A program made the position numbers and the translations under genes. From positions 1 through 64,000 of the forward strand of contig NZ_MWQY01000021.1 in the NCBI RefSeq assembly GCF_002087085.1: a stretch of 64,000 bases of DNA. The letters are read 5' to 3'. The notes under the pieces were generated by a model, which made no database searches, was not told the DNA's origin, and saw only the letters and a list, made by a program, of their open reading frames with translations. Below are positions 49,488 to 58,795 of the stretch, one piece after another; position 1 is the stretch's first letter; each line of letters starts with the position of its first letter.

Positions 49488-50843
49488 ATGGGTGCTTCCT
49501 TTTTTATCTGGCTCGCAGTTTTTCTGCTCCTTCTCGTGATTCTCGCTCTGCCGAAATTCCGGGCTGGAGTTCCGTTTTCCCTCAGGGTCTTCATCGCCAT
49601 GCTCCTTGGCGGAGGAACAGGCCTGGCGATCTATGCAACTCAAAGCCCGGAGGTATCGGCGGAACTGAGGCGCTGGTTTTCCCTGGTGGGCTACGGCTAT
49701 GTCGACCTGCTGCGAATGCTCATCATTCCCCTGGTCCCCACCAGTATTATTGCCGGGCTGCTTAAACTGGAAAACACCCGGGAACTGAAGGTCCTGGGAT
49801 TACGGACGATCACCCTGTTTTTATCCACCGCCGTTGTCGCCAGTATTCTGGGTCTTGTAATCGGCTCCCTTTTCAAGGTCGGTGCGGGAGTGGCAACTGC
49901 AGGTCTGGCCGCCCGGGAATCCCAGCAGATCACCGATGTGATTGCCAGATTCCGGGATTTTATACCGTCTAATCCTGTTGCAGCGGCAGCGGAGACAAAG
50001 ATAATTCCTCTGGTGGTGTTCTCCCTGTTCATCGGAACCGCAGCGGTAATAGAGTCAGGAAAAAACAAGGAACGCATAGAACCGTTCAAAGCACTGATCG
50101 ATTCCTTTGTCAGAGTAGTTATCCGCCTGACCAGGATCATCATAGGCCTGACACCCTACGGTGTACTGGGGCTCATGGCCTACTGGATGTCCAACACGGG
50201 AATGGCAGCCCTTGCGGATCTGGGTCTCTTTGTCCTGGCCATTGTCGCTGCCTGCGCCGTCCAGATCCTTGTTGTATACGGCGGTCTTCTGACCAGCCTC
50301 GCCAGGATTAATCCCTTCCGCTTTTACCGTGCCGCCTCTCCGGCCATGCTCCTGGCCTTTACATCCCGTTCGAGCCTGGGGACCCTTACCCTGACGATAG
50401 ACACCATGAAAAACCGCCTCAAGGTAAACTCCCGGGTAGCCAATTTCGTCGGTCCCATCGGCGCGGTCATGAACATGGATGCCTGCGGAGGAATTTTTCC
50501 CGCCATGGTGGCGGTATTCGCGGCCAACGCTTTTGGCATTGTGTTGGAACCGTTTCAGTATCTTCTTATAGTCATCGTATCGGTACTGGCGAGTATCGGC
50601 AGTGCGGCGGTCCCCATGGGGGCAACCGCCTTTACGATTATCACCCTCTCCACCGTCGGTCTGCCGGTAGAGGCGGTAGGACTGGTCGCCGGAGTCGATT
50701 TTCTGGTGGACATGTTCCGTACCAGTACCAACGTTACCGGAGATCTGACCGCTTCGGTGATCGTGGGAAACTCCCTGGGCGAGTTCGACCGGGAGGCCTT
50801 CAACAGCCAGGACTTCAGTGAACTCGCCCCTGAAGGGGTTTAG
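49488..50843 (+). CDS. Dicarboxylate/amino acid:cation symporter (DAACS)
   Basis: AFTSRSS, NMDA, DMFRTSTNVTGD. Confidence 0.9.
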   Translation: MGASFFIWLAVFLLLLVILALPKFRAGVPFSLRVFIAMLLGGGTGLAIYATQSPEVSAELRRWFSLVGYGYVDLLRMLIIPLVPTSIIAGLLKLENTRELKVLGLRTITLFLSTAVVASILGLVIGSLFKVGAGVATAGLAARESQQITDVIARFRDFIPSNPVAAAAETKIIPLVVFSLFIGTAAVIESGKNKERIEPFKALIDSFVRVVIRLTRIIIGLTPYGVLGLMAYWMSNTGMAALADLGLFVLAIVAACAVQILVVYGGLLTSLARINPFRFYRAASPAMLLAFTSRSSLGTLTLTIDTMKNRLKVNSRVANFVGPIGAVMNMDACGGIFPAMVAVFAANAFGIVLEPFQYLLIVIVSVLASIGSAAVPMGATAFTIITLSTVGLPVEAVGLVAGVDFLVDMFRTSTNVTGDLTASVIVGNSLGEFDREAFNSQDFSELAPEGV

Positions 50844-50851
50844 AAGACTGT

Positions 50852-51919
50852 TCAGTCCAGCCAGATATCGCAGGGTATCCCCAGGGATTCTCCCATGGCT
50901 TCCAGTTCTTTCGCGATGTTTTCATGGAGGGGGATACCCGTTTTATGCCGCTCTTCCACTGACTGAGCGGCCCGCTCTCCGGGATAGCGCACAGAGGAAA
51001 TTCCTTCCTGAACCGGGGAGCGGTGCAGCTTTTCGATCATTTCGTCCATAAGAGTTGTGAACTGCCCGCCTTCGAGGCATCCGATCTTCATGGCGAAGAA
51101 ACTGTGGGTATCCACCCCCTTCTTTCGCAGCATGCTCCCCCCGTCACCGGAGAGCATCCCGGCCAGAATATCCACCATCAGCAGAAGGCCGAAACCCTTG
51201 TGGACGCCGTGGCTCAAGCTGCTTCCCAGGGGCAGAACGGCGGAATCGGGACCGAAATATCCTTCAGGATCGGTAACAGGATTCCCTTTTCCGTCGATCA
51301 CATAGCCTTCCGGCATGGTCTCACCGTCCCAGGACATCAGATGGGCCTTGTTGGCTATGGACATGGTGGGGGCCATATCAAAGATAAATGGGGGATTCTT
51401 TCCTGCAGGGGCTGCAAAGGCAAGAACATTGTTCCCCACCAGCTTGCCTTTACCCCCCGGGGCGGCCACGGAATTACCTCCGGTGGAAAACTGCATTCCC
51501 AGCATGCCCGCTTCCGCGGCCATGTTCACGTAGTAGGAACCGGCTCCGTTGTGGTTGCTGTTGAAGACATTTACCCATCCCATGCCGTACTCTTCGGCCA
51601 TCTCCATGGCAAGTTCCATGGCCCGGTGACTGGCGATAAATCCCAGTCCGTTATCCGCATCCAGGAGGGCTGTTGTGGGTGTGCAGCGCTCAACAGAGAG
51701 TTCGGGCTTTCCATTGATAATACCGTCCTGCACCTTCTTTACATAATAGCTGTAAAGATTCATTACACCATGAGTCTTTATTCCCCTCAAATCGGCATCC
51801 ACCAGAATGGCGGCTGTGAGATCCGCATCATCCCTGGACACCCCGACTTTCTGAAGGGATAAAGAGGCCAGTTCCGTCAGTCGTTTCGCATCTGCTCTTC
51901 GATAGTTCTTCTTTTCCAT
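50852..51919 (-). CDS. Ldh_2 family (malate/L-lactate/sulfolactate) oxidoreductase
   Basis: ADLRGIKTHG, SNHNGA, GNNVLAFA, DMA, HKGFGL, RYPGE. Confidence 0.85.
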   Translation of the reverse strand: MEKKNYRRADAKRLTELASLSLQKVGVSRDDADLTAAILVDADLRGIKTHGVMNLYSYYVKKVQDGIINGKPELSVERCTPTTALLDADNGLGFIASHRAMELAMEMAEEYGMGWVNVFNSNHNGAGSYYVNMAAEAGMLGMQFSTGGNSVAAPGGKGKLVGNNVLAFAAPAGKNPPFIFDMAPTMSIANKAHLMSWDGETMPEGYVIDGKGNPVTDPEGYFGPDSAVLPLGSSLSHGVHKGFGLLLMVDILAGMLSGDGGSMLRKKGVDTHSFFAMKIGCLEGGQFTTLMDEMIEKLHRSPVQEGISSVRYPGERAAQSVEERHKTGIPLHENIAKELEAMGESLGIPCDIWLD

Positions 51920-52032
51920 GTGGATATTGTAACAGGCAGGATCGGAATCAACAACGGAAGGCCCCATATCCGGTACTCGATGCTTGCGAAATTTCTGTCC
52001 CGCCTGCATACTCTGCAGTGGAGGCAGATATA

Positions 52033-52509
52033 ATGGACACGAAAACCCTTGAAAACAGAATTGCCCGGTGTATTCAGGAAGAAGAGGAGCTTCAGTTCAG
52101 AACATTCACCAACCGGGATGCCCTGGAGCTCGGTCTCGGGATACTGAAACGGGCGGAAGAACAGAACATACATATTACAATCGACATCGAGCGCCACGGA
52201 CAGCGTCTTTTTCATTATGCCATGGACGGGACGACCATGGACAATGACCAGTGGGTGGAACGCAAAAAACGCGTCGTTAACCGGGTTTTCAGGAGTTCCT
52301 ACCATTTCTTCCTCCTGCTGCAACAGCGGGGTCAGAACCTGAGAGACCGGGGACTTGATGAAAAGGATTACGCCCCCTCGGGAGGAGCTTTCCCCTTGAA
52401 AATCAGGGATGCCGGGGTAATCGGGGTCATAGCGGTTTCGGGACTTCCCCACGAGGAAGACCATGCCCTGGTGGTTTCGGAGATCAGGAAATTCCTGACC
52501 CGGGGGTAA
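52033..52509 (+). CDS. Heme-degrading/GlcG-like domain protein (UPF0303)
   Basis: WVERKKRVV, GGAFPL, IAVSGLPHEEDH. Confidence 0.8.
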   Translation: MDTKTLENRIARCIQEEEELQFRTFTNRDALELGLGILKRAEEQNIHITIDIERHGQRLFHYAMDGTTMDNDQWVERKKRVVNRVFRSSYHFFLLLQQRGQNLRDRGLDEKDYAPSGGAFPLKIRDAGVIGVIAVSGLPHEEDHALVVSEIRKFLTRG

Positions 52510-52595
52510 GTAATATACCATTTATGAATTATCACGTGAAATTGTTCAGACACCCCCCTTGATTGTCGCCAAGATTCAGTCACATAATGGGGCGC

Positions 52596-53789
52596 ATGAG
52601 TCAGCCCAAGAAAATCAATCCCAGTCTGATGATCACCATGCTGGTTATCGCCATATTTCTGTCCATGACGTCACGGACGATATTCTCTCCCCTTATGCCG
52701 ATGCTGCAGAAGGAACTCGGAATCAGCCTCTCCACTGCGGGAACCCTGTTTTTCATGATCAGCCTGAGTTACGGTGTAACCATACTCTTTGCCGGATTTC
52801 TTTCCTCCAGGATAGGTCACGGTAAGGCAATCGTCACTGCTCTGGCGGCCATATCCCTGGGTCTTCTTCTTTCTGCGGTATCCTGGGGGATTCTGCCTCT
52901 TTCCATGGGAATGGTGCTGATCGGAGCCGGTGCCGGGATTTATCCTCCCTCCGGGCTTGTAATGATAAACACCACCATCAGCCTTGAACACCGGAGTACG
53001 GCATTTTCTTTTCATGAAATCGGACCCAACCTGGCACTGCTTGTCTCTCCTCTGATTGTCCTTGCCCTGGAGCCGTGGTTCGGCTGGCGGGGTGTTCTAT
53101 TATGTCTCTCCGTGGCTGTTTTCCTCGGGAGCATGGTGTTTCTCCGCTGGGGAGCACCCGGCAGCGGCATGGGGGCCCCGCCCCGGCTCAGTACCATCGG
53201 GAAAATCCTCAGACTGCGAACCACCATACTGGGCATGGTAATCATGTCCGCAGCCCTTTCGGGTCAGCAGGGTGTCTACGCCATATTACCCGCCTATCTG
53301 GTTACCGAACACGGACTCTCCTCCCAGTACGTGAATGTCCTTCTCTCCATCTCCCGGGTAACCGGCATAATCCTGCTGCTTCGCTCGGGACCGGTTATCA
53401 ACCATATCGGCAGACGGGCCACCATTTTCGGAGTGCTCTTCTTCTCCGCCCTGTGTACCGCCCTGCTCGGTATTTTGAAGGGTATACCCCTGGCTGTGGC
53501 GGTAATTGCCCAGCCGGCGCTTCTGACAGTGCTGTTCCCCGCGGCCCTCTCTTCCCTTTCCGAGATAGGCGAAGCCCAGTATCAGAATATTACCTATGCC
53601 CTGATAATAACCATCGGTGTGGGAGGCGGAGTCGGTGTGGCTCCGGCGATACTCGGGGTAATGGGAGATCTCGGTATCGGATGGCTCGGCTTTATTCTGC
53701 TGGCGGTCTATATGGCTTTTGCCATGCTGTTTCTGAAATCAACCCCGGTATTCGGCAGGGAAGTACGGAACAGGGAGAACCGGCAGTAA
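52596..53789 (+). CDS. MFS transporter
   Basis: About 12 TM helices, GFLSSRIGH motif A-like, FGWRG. Confidence 0.8.
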   Translation: MSQPKKINPSLMITMLVIAIFLSMTSRTIFSPLMPMLQKELGISLSTAGTLFFMISLSYGVTILFAGFLSSRIGHGKAIVTALAAISLGLLLSAVSWGILPLSMGMVLIGAGAGIYPPSGLVMINTTISLEHRSTAFSFHEIGPNLALLVSPLIVLALEPWFGWRGVLLCLSVAVFLGSMVFLRWGAPGSGMGAPPRLSTIGKILRLRTTILGMVIMSAALSGQQGVYAILPAYLVTEHGLSSQYVNVLLSISRVTGIILLLRSGPVINHIGRRATIFGVLFFSALCTALLGILKGIPLAVAVIAQPALLTVLFPAALSSLSEIGEAQYQNITYALIITIGVGGGVGVAPAILGVMGDLGIGWLGFILLAVYMAFAMLFLKSTPVFGREVRNRENRQ

Positions 53790-53803
53790 AACATCTTCCA
53801 GCT

Positions 53804-54775
53804 TTACTGTGCCGCAATTGTTATTAACAGCATATCAGTATAAAAGCCTTCGGTGGCCATACCGAAATCCTCGATCTCCACGCCCACGTCGTAGCGATCT
53901 CCCCTGATGGTACTGGGTCCTCCCAGGGGTACCACGGGCACATCCGTCCCGGAAGAGAGGTCGACCCCGCCGCCGGCCACCGACAGGGAATAGGGAACGC
54001 TGCTGGTATCGGTGGCGTCCTGAATCATCATGACCCCGCTGTTCTGGGAGCGCATATAAACTGAATAGCCGCTGTTGGCTCGGACCATCAGGTCCGCGTG
54101 GCGCCTGCTGCCGGCATAGAGTTCGCCGAAATCCAGGGTCAATTCAGTCCTGCTGGAATCGAAGCTTCCTCCAGAGGGTACCAGGGAGATATCCATAACC
54201 TGGTCCATTTGCGCGCTCATGCTCATGATGGCCGTGTCTTCAGGTCCTCCTCCACGGGGATTATCCGGCGTACCTGCCCACAATTCCAGACGGAGTTCCT
54301 CGGCGTACTGACCCGCCAGAGGGAACTGGTCGGGATCGAGAATCACGACAAAAGTCAGGTCCTTTGTGGTACCGCCTCCGGCTGCTGCTTCCGCATCGGA
54401 AAAACTGCCTGAGAGAACCTGGGACAGAGAGGGCCCGGCGCTCAGGTCCACCAGGATCCTGCGGTCCGCCGCATTATCGTACACCTGATAGTACATTATC
54501 CCCCCCGAGACCGGATCAAGAAGATAACGGTTGGCAAACTGTCCGCTTTGTCCGGTGGAAAAGGTAATGAAAAAGTCCGTCCCCTGGCCCTTGTGGTTGA
54601 CCCGGATTGTTTCACTGATTATGACCTCCTGGTCAAGGAGAAACTGGGCATTGTTAATCTTTGGCGTTCTGCCCCTGAAGGACAGAGACCATAATCCCTC
54701 AGTCACGAAAAAGGAGACCGCCAGCATAGTCACAAGCATAAGGATGTGCCGTTTTAAATAACCGTCCATACCCAT
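53804..54775 (-). CDS. Two-domain pilus tip/adhesin subunit (spore coat U/CsuE-like)
   Basis: Signal peptide; AGQYAEEL and EGFYTDMLLITI pilin end strands; last gene of the chaperone-usher operon. Confidence 0.65.
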   Translation of the reverse strand: MGMDGYLKRHILMLVTMLAVSFFVTEGLWSLSFRGRTPKINNAQFLLDQEVIISETIRVNHKGQGTDFFITFSTGQSGQFANRYLLDPVSGGIMYYQVYDNAADRRILVDLSAGPSLSQVLSGSFSDAEAAAGGGTTKDLTFVVILDPDQFPLAGQYAEELRLELWAGTPDNPRGGGPEDTAIMSMSAQMDQVMDISLVPSGGSFDSSRTELTLDFGELYAGSRRHADLMVRANSGYSVYMRSQNSGVMMIQDATDTSSVPYSLSVAGGGVDLSSGTDVPVVPLGGPSTIRGDRYDVGVEIEDFGMATEGFYTDMLLITIAAQ

Positions 54776-54791
54776 TTTTCGTTCCTCCTGT

Positions 54792-57314
54792 TCAGGGGCT
54801 GAGTTCTTTCCGTATCACCGGCAGAACCAGCGGTTCCAGGCTGACCCGACCCTCCGGACTTTCCGGTATGGAAAGCTCGATCTGGGCCCCGGTACTGGAA
54901 AAAAGGACCAGCAGGTATCGTCCTGCCTCTATATCATGAAGCTGAAAAAAACCCTCTTCATCGGAAAAAAAGAGCTGCCGTTCATCCCCGGGAGAATCCA
55001 GGGGAATAAGCTCCCCTGCCTGCAGGGCAATCGGCTCTGCCTGGAGTGTAAGCAGCCTCCCTGAGACAAACAGATTGTGGCGAAGGCGGACGGGAACGGT
55101 AATCCCGCTGCGGTAGGAGGGAACAAGCGTCACAATATCCTCCTTCAGAAGAACCTCCGGAGATGTATTGGGGAGCTCTATCTGCAGGGTTGCAGGGGTA
55201 TAGGAGCTCAGCTCGCTGTAGGTAATAACACCTCCCCTGCTCTCTTTTGTGCCGCCGCTTCCCCGGCTGTTGCGGACGCTCACAAGCTCATTCTGCAGTT
55301 CATCATCAGGTACCAGCATGATAAAACTGTCCTGCACCTGCCGGCTCAGCGCGAAATTTCCACCTGCAAAAAGGACGGCCCCGCCGAGACCGGCCCCCAG
55401 CCTATTGCTTGTGGTGTTGCTGCCGGTATCATAATTTGTCCGGGACAGGGAATTGTTTATACTGGCTCGAAGAAAGGGCGCATCGTAGTGGAAGCCCATA
55501 TCCGCGACAGTCTGATCAGCGGAGGCAGGCGGGTAGCCCTGAACCGATGCGGTATAAACCCATTGCTGAGGGTCCTCCGTATCCCGCCAGCTGAATCCCA
55601 GGCCCCCTTCTCCGGATTTAAGATCCTGGGAATACTGCAGGTTCTGTCCGGAATTATCGGGACTCAGGGAGAAGGCAAGATGCCCCCGCCACTCCCAGCC
55701 CTCCTGGGTATCGTGGTTCAGGGAAAAACTCAAAGACATGGAAGCACTGCGGCCGAAGCCCTTCAACAGGGTCAGGGAGCCTTGCAGACTGTCCGGGCTC
55801 TCTCCCCGTCCAAGGGCATAGGCTGTCATGATACTCGCATATGCGGAAAAGGGCAGGACCTGGCCGATACTCGAGCTGAAACGCCAGATATAGTCCGACG
55901 GGGCCTCGCTGAGTACAGAGCTGCGGTAGGCATCGTCATAATACTCGACCTGGACCCCCAGACTCGGTATGCTGCGCCGGGACGGAAAGGCAACGCGATA
56001 CTGAAGACGGGAATGTATCCCGGGATCCCGGTCCAACCCGGCGGAAGCTCCAAAGCCGAGACCCAGATTGCCGAACGGGAGGGCTGAAACCAGGGAGAGA
56101 TTGCCGATATATGTATCCCGGTCTATCTGCAGAGCTGTTCCCCCGGTAAGCCGGGGAAGCAGTCCGTAGGAAAAAAAACCCGCCGCCAGGGGATCGGAAA
56201 ATTCATGCTGAGGGGTTCCTCCGCTTACTGCGAAGGAGTATTCCTGCTGCCGGAGCAGACCGGAATCAAAGGGAACGATGGTTTCGATGGTCCGCTCCCT
56301 GCCGTCCTGTTCGGTAATAACGATCCTGATTTCGTTGAGACCGCCCACGTAGGGAAAATCCAGCAGATTATGTACCCCCGCGTCGAGGCGCTCGGTTTTC
56401 AGAAGGCGGCCGTTGAGATAGATGGAGACCTCCGCCGGCTGTTCAAGGAGAAGTTCCCGGGAGAGGGAGCGGTAGGGGCTGGCGATATCGGAGAGGGCTT
56501 TTTCCGTACCGATGCCAACTCCATCCAGAGGGACCGAGGGAATAGATGCATAGGAGGGACTGTCCAGGGTTCCTGCGGCAAGACGCAGTCCGTTCTCCGG
56601 GAAATCCCGGATCAGCCGCAGGGAATCCAGTTCCACCTCTTTTTCCGGATAGCTGGTCATGTTGACTCCCCCGGTAAGAACCCATCGCCGGAACTGCAGA
56701 TTAGGAAACAGATTCAGCTGGAGGGGAACATCGTATACGGCCTCCTCCCCATCGGCCCGGTACAGGAGTTCCGCTTTGCTGTAGTAGTTCATGTATGCGC
56801 TGTAGGGGTCGGCAGAAATATCCGCCGGATCGATATGCTGCGGGGCATGCCGCAGTCTGAGGTCTCTGCTCCGGCGCAGTTCGGGGGGAGTGAGGATCTC
56901 GACCTGCAGCATGGAAGAATCGTACCAGGCATCGAAACCGTACGAAACCAGATCCTCGAGCCTGACAGAGTCCCCCCCGAAGCTCTCCCGGATGCCGCTG
57001 ATGCCCTCCGGAGAAAGCCCCGGTTCCAGAAGTTCAAAAAGGGCTTCCCGGGGCAGATGGACCTCGTTATCAGCCGTGATATGCGCCGAGAGCTCGCCGG
57101 AGAATTCTCCGTCTATTCGAATCAAAAGAAGGATCTCCGCATCCTCCTGCGCCGGGGCCTCTGCTGTGTCACCAAAGGCCTGCATGAAGATCTCTGCAGC
57201 CGGGTCCGGAGCATCCTGTCCGCTTATCCGCATGGCCAGGAGAAAGAGTATGGAGATGCCGGTACTAATTCTCCGAATCATAGCTGAGTTCGACATCCAG
57301 AGGCCCTTTCTCAA
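54792..57314 (-). CDS. Fimbrial outer-membrane usher
   Basis: VSIYLNG...LDAG plug domain, YSAYMNY, YGLLPRLTGG, beta-barrel strands; exact start uncertain. Confidence 0.85.
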   Translation of the reverse strand: MRKGLWMSNSAMIRRISTGISILFLLAMRISGQDAPDPAAEIFMQAFGDTAEAPAQEDAEILLLIRIDGEFSGELSAHITADNEVHLPREALFELLEPGLSPEGISGIRESFGGDSVRLEDLVSYGFDAWYDSSMLQVEILTPPELRRSRDLRLRHAPQHIDPADISADPYSAYMNYYSKAELLYRADGEEAVYDVPLQLNLFPNLQFRRWVLTGGVNMTSYPEKEVELDSLRLIRDFPENGLRLAAGTLDSPSYASIPSVPLDGVGIGTEKALSDIASPYRSLSRELLLEQPAEVSIYLNGRLLKTERLDAGVHNLLDFPYVGGLNEIRIVITEQDGRERTIETIVPFDSGLLRQQEYSFAVSGGTPQHEFSDPLAAGFFSYGLLPRLTGGTALQIDRDTYIGNLSLVSALPFGNLGLGFGASAGLDRDPGIHSRLQYRVAFPSRRSIPSLGVQVEYYDDAYRSSVLSEAPSDYIWRFSSSIGQVLPFSAYASIMTAYALGRGESPDSLQGSLTLLKGFGRSASMSLSFSLNHDTQEGWEWRGHLAFSLSPDNSGQNLQYSQDLKSGEGGLGFSWRDTEDPQQWVYTASVQGYPPASADQTVADMGFHYDAPFLRASINNSLSRTNYDTGSNTTSNRLGAGLGGAVLFAGGNFALSRQVQDSFIMLVPDDELQNELVSVRNSRGSGGTKESRGGVITYSELSSYTPATLQIELPNTSPEVLLKEDIVTLVPSYRSGITVPVRLRHNLFVSGRLLTLQAEPIALQAGELIPLDSPGDERQLFFSDEEGFFQLHDIEAGRYLLVLFSSTGAQIELSIPESPEGRVSLEPLVLPVIRKELSP

Positions 57315-58008
57315 AACCTTCCGGAATTTTCAGTCTGACTGTTCTTGTTCCACCGGCAAGGAGATTCTCTCCGTTTATACCGCCCAGAAGCTCGGGGGGA
57401 TACTCAAGGAGAACAGCCCCATTGACTGCACTGCGGATGCTAATATTCAGGTCGTTCAGGATACTGTGTTTATTTCCCCGGTTATGCAGGCTTATCTCAA
57501 GGGTTTCAGACCCCTCTCCGCCGCTGATCTCTGCTTTCTGAACCACCACGTCGGCGGAAGCTTCGGGGGGGCATATATAAATGGCGCCGAGATAGCGGAA
57601 AAGAATCTGTATTCCGCTGTCCGTGGCGGCTTCTCCGCCAAAATCCACCGGAACCTGTTCTATCAGTATACGGTAGGCCTGTTCGCTGGATATATCCGCC
57701 GGTCCTTTCCACTGAACCCGTACGGTCTGCACCGATTCAGGCTTCAGCACTACCTGCCGGGGGTAGACGGTAAAAAGCTCATCTGCAGCTTCCCGGGCCT
57801 CCTGACCGTCACTGTCGATTCTTCGTGTAAACATGCTGATACGAATAGCTATATAGTCCTGGCCATCGTTTTTCAGACGGAAACTCTGGGTCGCCCCGCG
57901 TCCCGAAGGGGTAAAGCTGCGGGATATTGGTTCAAAAGAGAAGGACCAGAGTCCTGCGAGCACCAGAGTATTCAGAAACAGGAAAACCAGTATCTTTTTA
58001 GCCTTCAT
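57265..58008 (-). CDS. PapD-like periplasmic pilus chaperone
   Basis: VYPRQVVLKP, QTVRV, EQAYRILIEQVP, NRGNKH. Confidence 0.85.
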   Translation of the reverse strand: MKAKKILVFLFLNTLVLAGLWSFSFEPISRSFTPSGRGATQSFRLKNDGQDYIAIRISMFTRRIDSDGQEAREAADELFTVYPRQVVLKPESVQTVRVQWKGPADISSEQAYRILIEQVPVDFGGEAATDSGIQILFRYLGAIYICPPEASADVVVQKAEISGGEGSETLEISLHNRGNKHSILNDLNISIRSAVNGAVLLEYPPELLGGINGENLLAGGTRTVRLKIPEGFEKGPLDVELSYDSEN

Positions 58009-58065
58009 CAGGACCCCCTTCATCTTCTTCTACACCATCTATAATATCGGATTCTTCCGTTCAAC

Positions 58066-58097
58066 AAAAAAGCCGCCCAGGCTAAACGGACGGCTTT
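58066..58097 (-). terminator. Rho-independent terminator/attenuator after the major pilin gene
   Basis: Minus strand AAAGCCGTCC-loop-GGGCGGCTTTTTT. Confidence 0.7.
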
Positions 58098-58138
58098 GCG
58101 GCATCAGCTGCAGACCTGGTATTTCAGGCCACCCTGCT

Positions 58139-58633
58139 CTACTTTGCCGCAATGGTGAAGGTCAGGGTGTCGCTGTAGGTGCCTTCATAGGGGAAATCGG
58201 TGGCTCCATTGTAGCTTATGGCCACATCGTTGGCCGCTCCGCTTCCGGGGGACTTGGTACTGACATCGGAGATGACCGCTGATCCGCTGCTGAGAGTAAT
58301 TCCAGATCCTCCGTAGCTGATGCTGTAGTTCAGGCTTGCAGTGCCGGTGGTGTCCACAAATTGGGGGGTATCGCTGCCGGCGGCCATGGCGTTGCTCGAT
58401 TCCAGGGTTACGGTATAACCGGTCCGTTTGTTGCTGCGCTCGATTACCGTGGCGACCTTGACGCCCGAGGCGTCTATGGAAAGATCAAGGGCATCGCTTC
58501 CGGGTTCGGCATTCACTGTAATTTCAAGAATCTCGGGTACGCTTCCCTGAAGGAACAGGGTACCGCTTGTCTGGGCACTTACTACAACGGTAAGAACAGC
58601 AAGAACGGCTGTTACAATAATCAATTTCTTCAT
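58139..58633 (-). CDS. Major pilin subunit (archaic chaperone-usher type)
   Basis: Signal peptide, SGTLFLQGSVP donor-strand-like N-terminus, C-terminal EGTYSDTLTFTI; AGGAGG RBS. Confidence 0.8.
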   Translation of the reverse strand: MKKLIIVTAVLAVLTVVVSAQTSGTLFLQGSVPEILEITVNAEPGSDALDLSIDASGVKVATVIERSNKRTGYTVTLESSNAMAAGSDTPQFVDTTGTASLNYSISYGGSGITLSSGSAVISDVSTKSPGSGAANDVAISYNGATDFPYEGTYSDTLTFTIAAK

Positions 58634-58671
58634 ATAATCCTCCTGACCCTTTCGGGTTTCACTAACAGTAA

Positions 58672-58687
58672 TGCAATTTATGTGCCA
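58672..58687 (-). promoter_or_regulatory. Sigma54 (-24/-12) promoter of the pilus operon
   Basis: Minus strand TGGCAC-ATAAA-TTGCA, about 40 nt upstream of the pilin ATG. Confidence 0.85.
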
Positions 58688-58795
58688 ACTTCACCGAACA
58701 AAAAAAGGAACCAACATAAATATTTATATTACAATTACTTACGCGCATACCGTCTTCACGTATCTTCTTTTCTTATACCAGATATCTCCAGAAGC

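Noticed and set aside
55077..58044. Several 330-380-aa plus-strand ORFs
   Set aside because: Antisense to the usher and chaperone genes.
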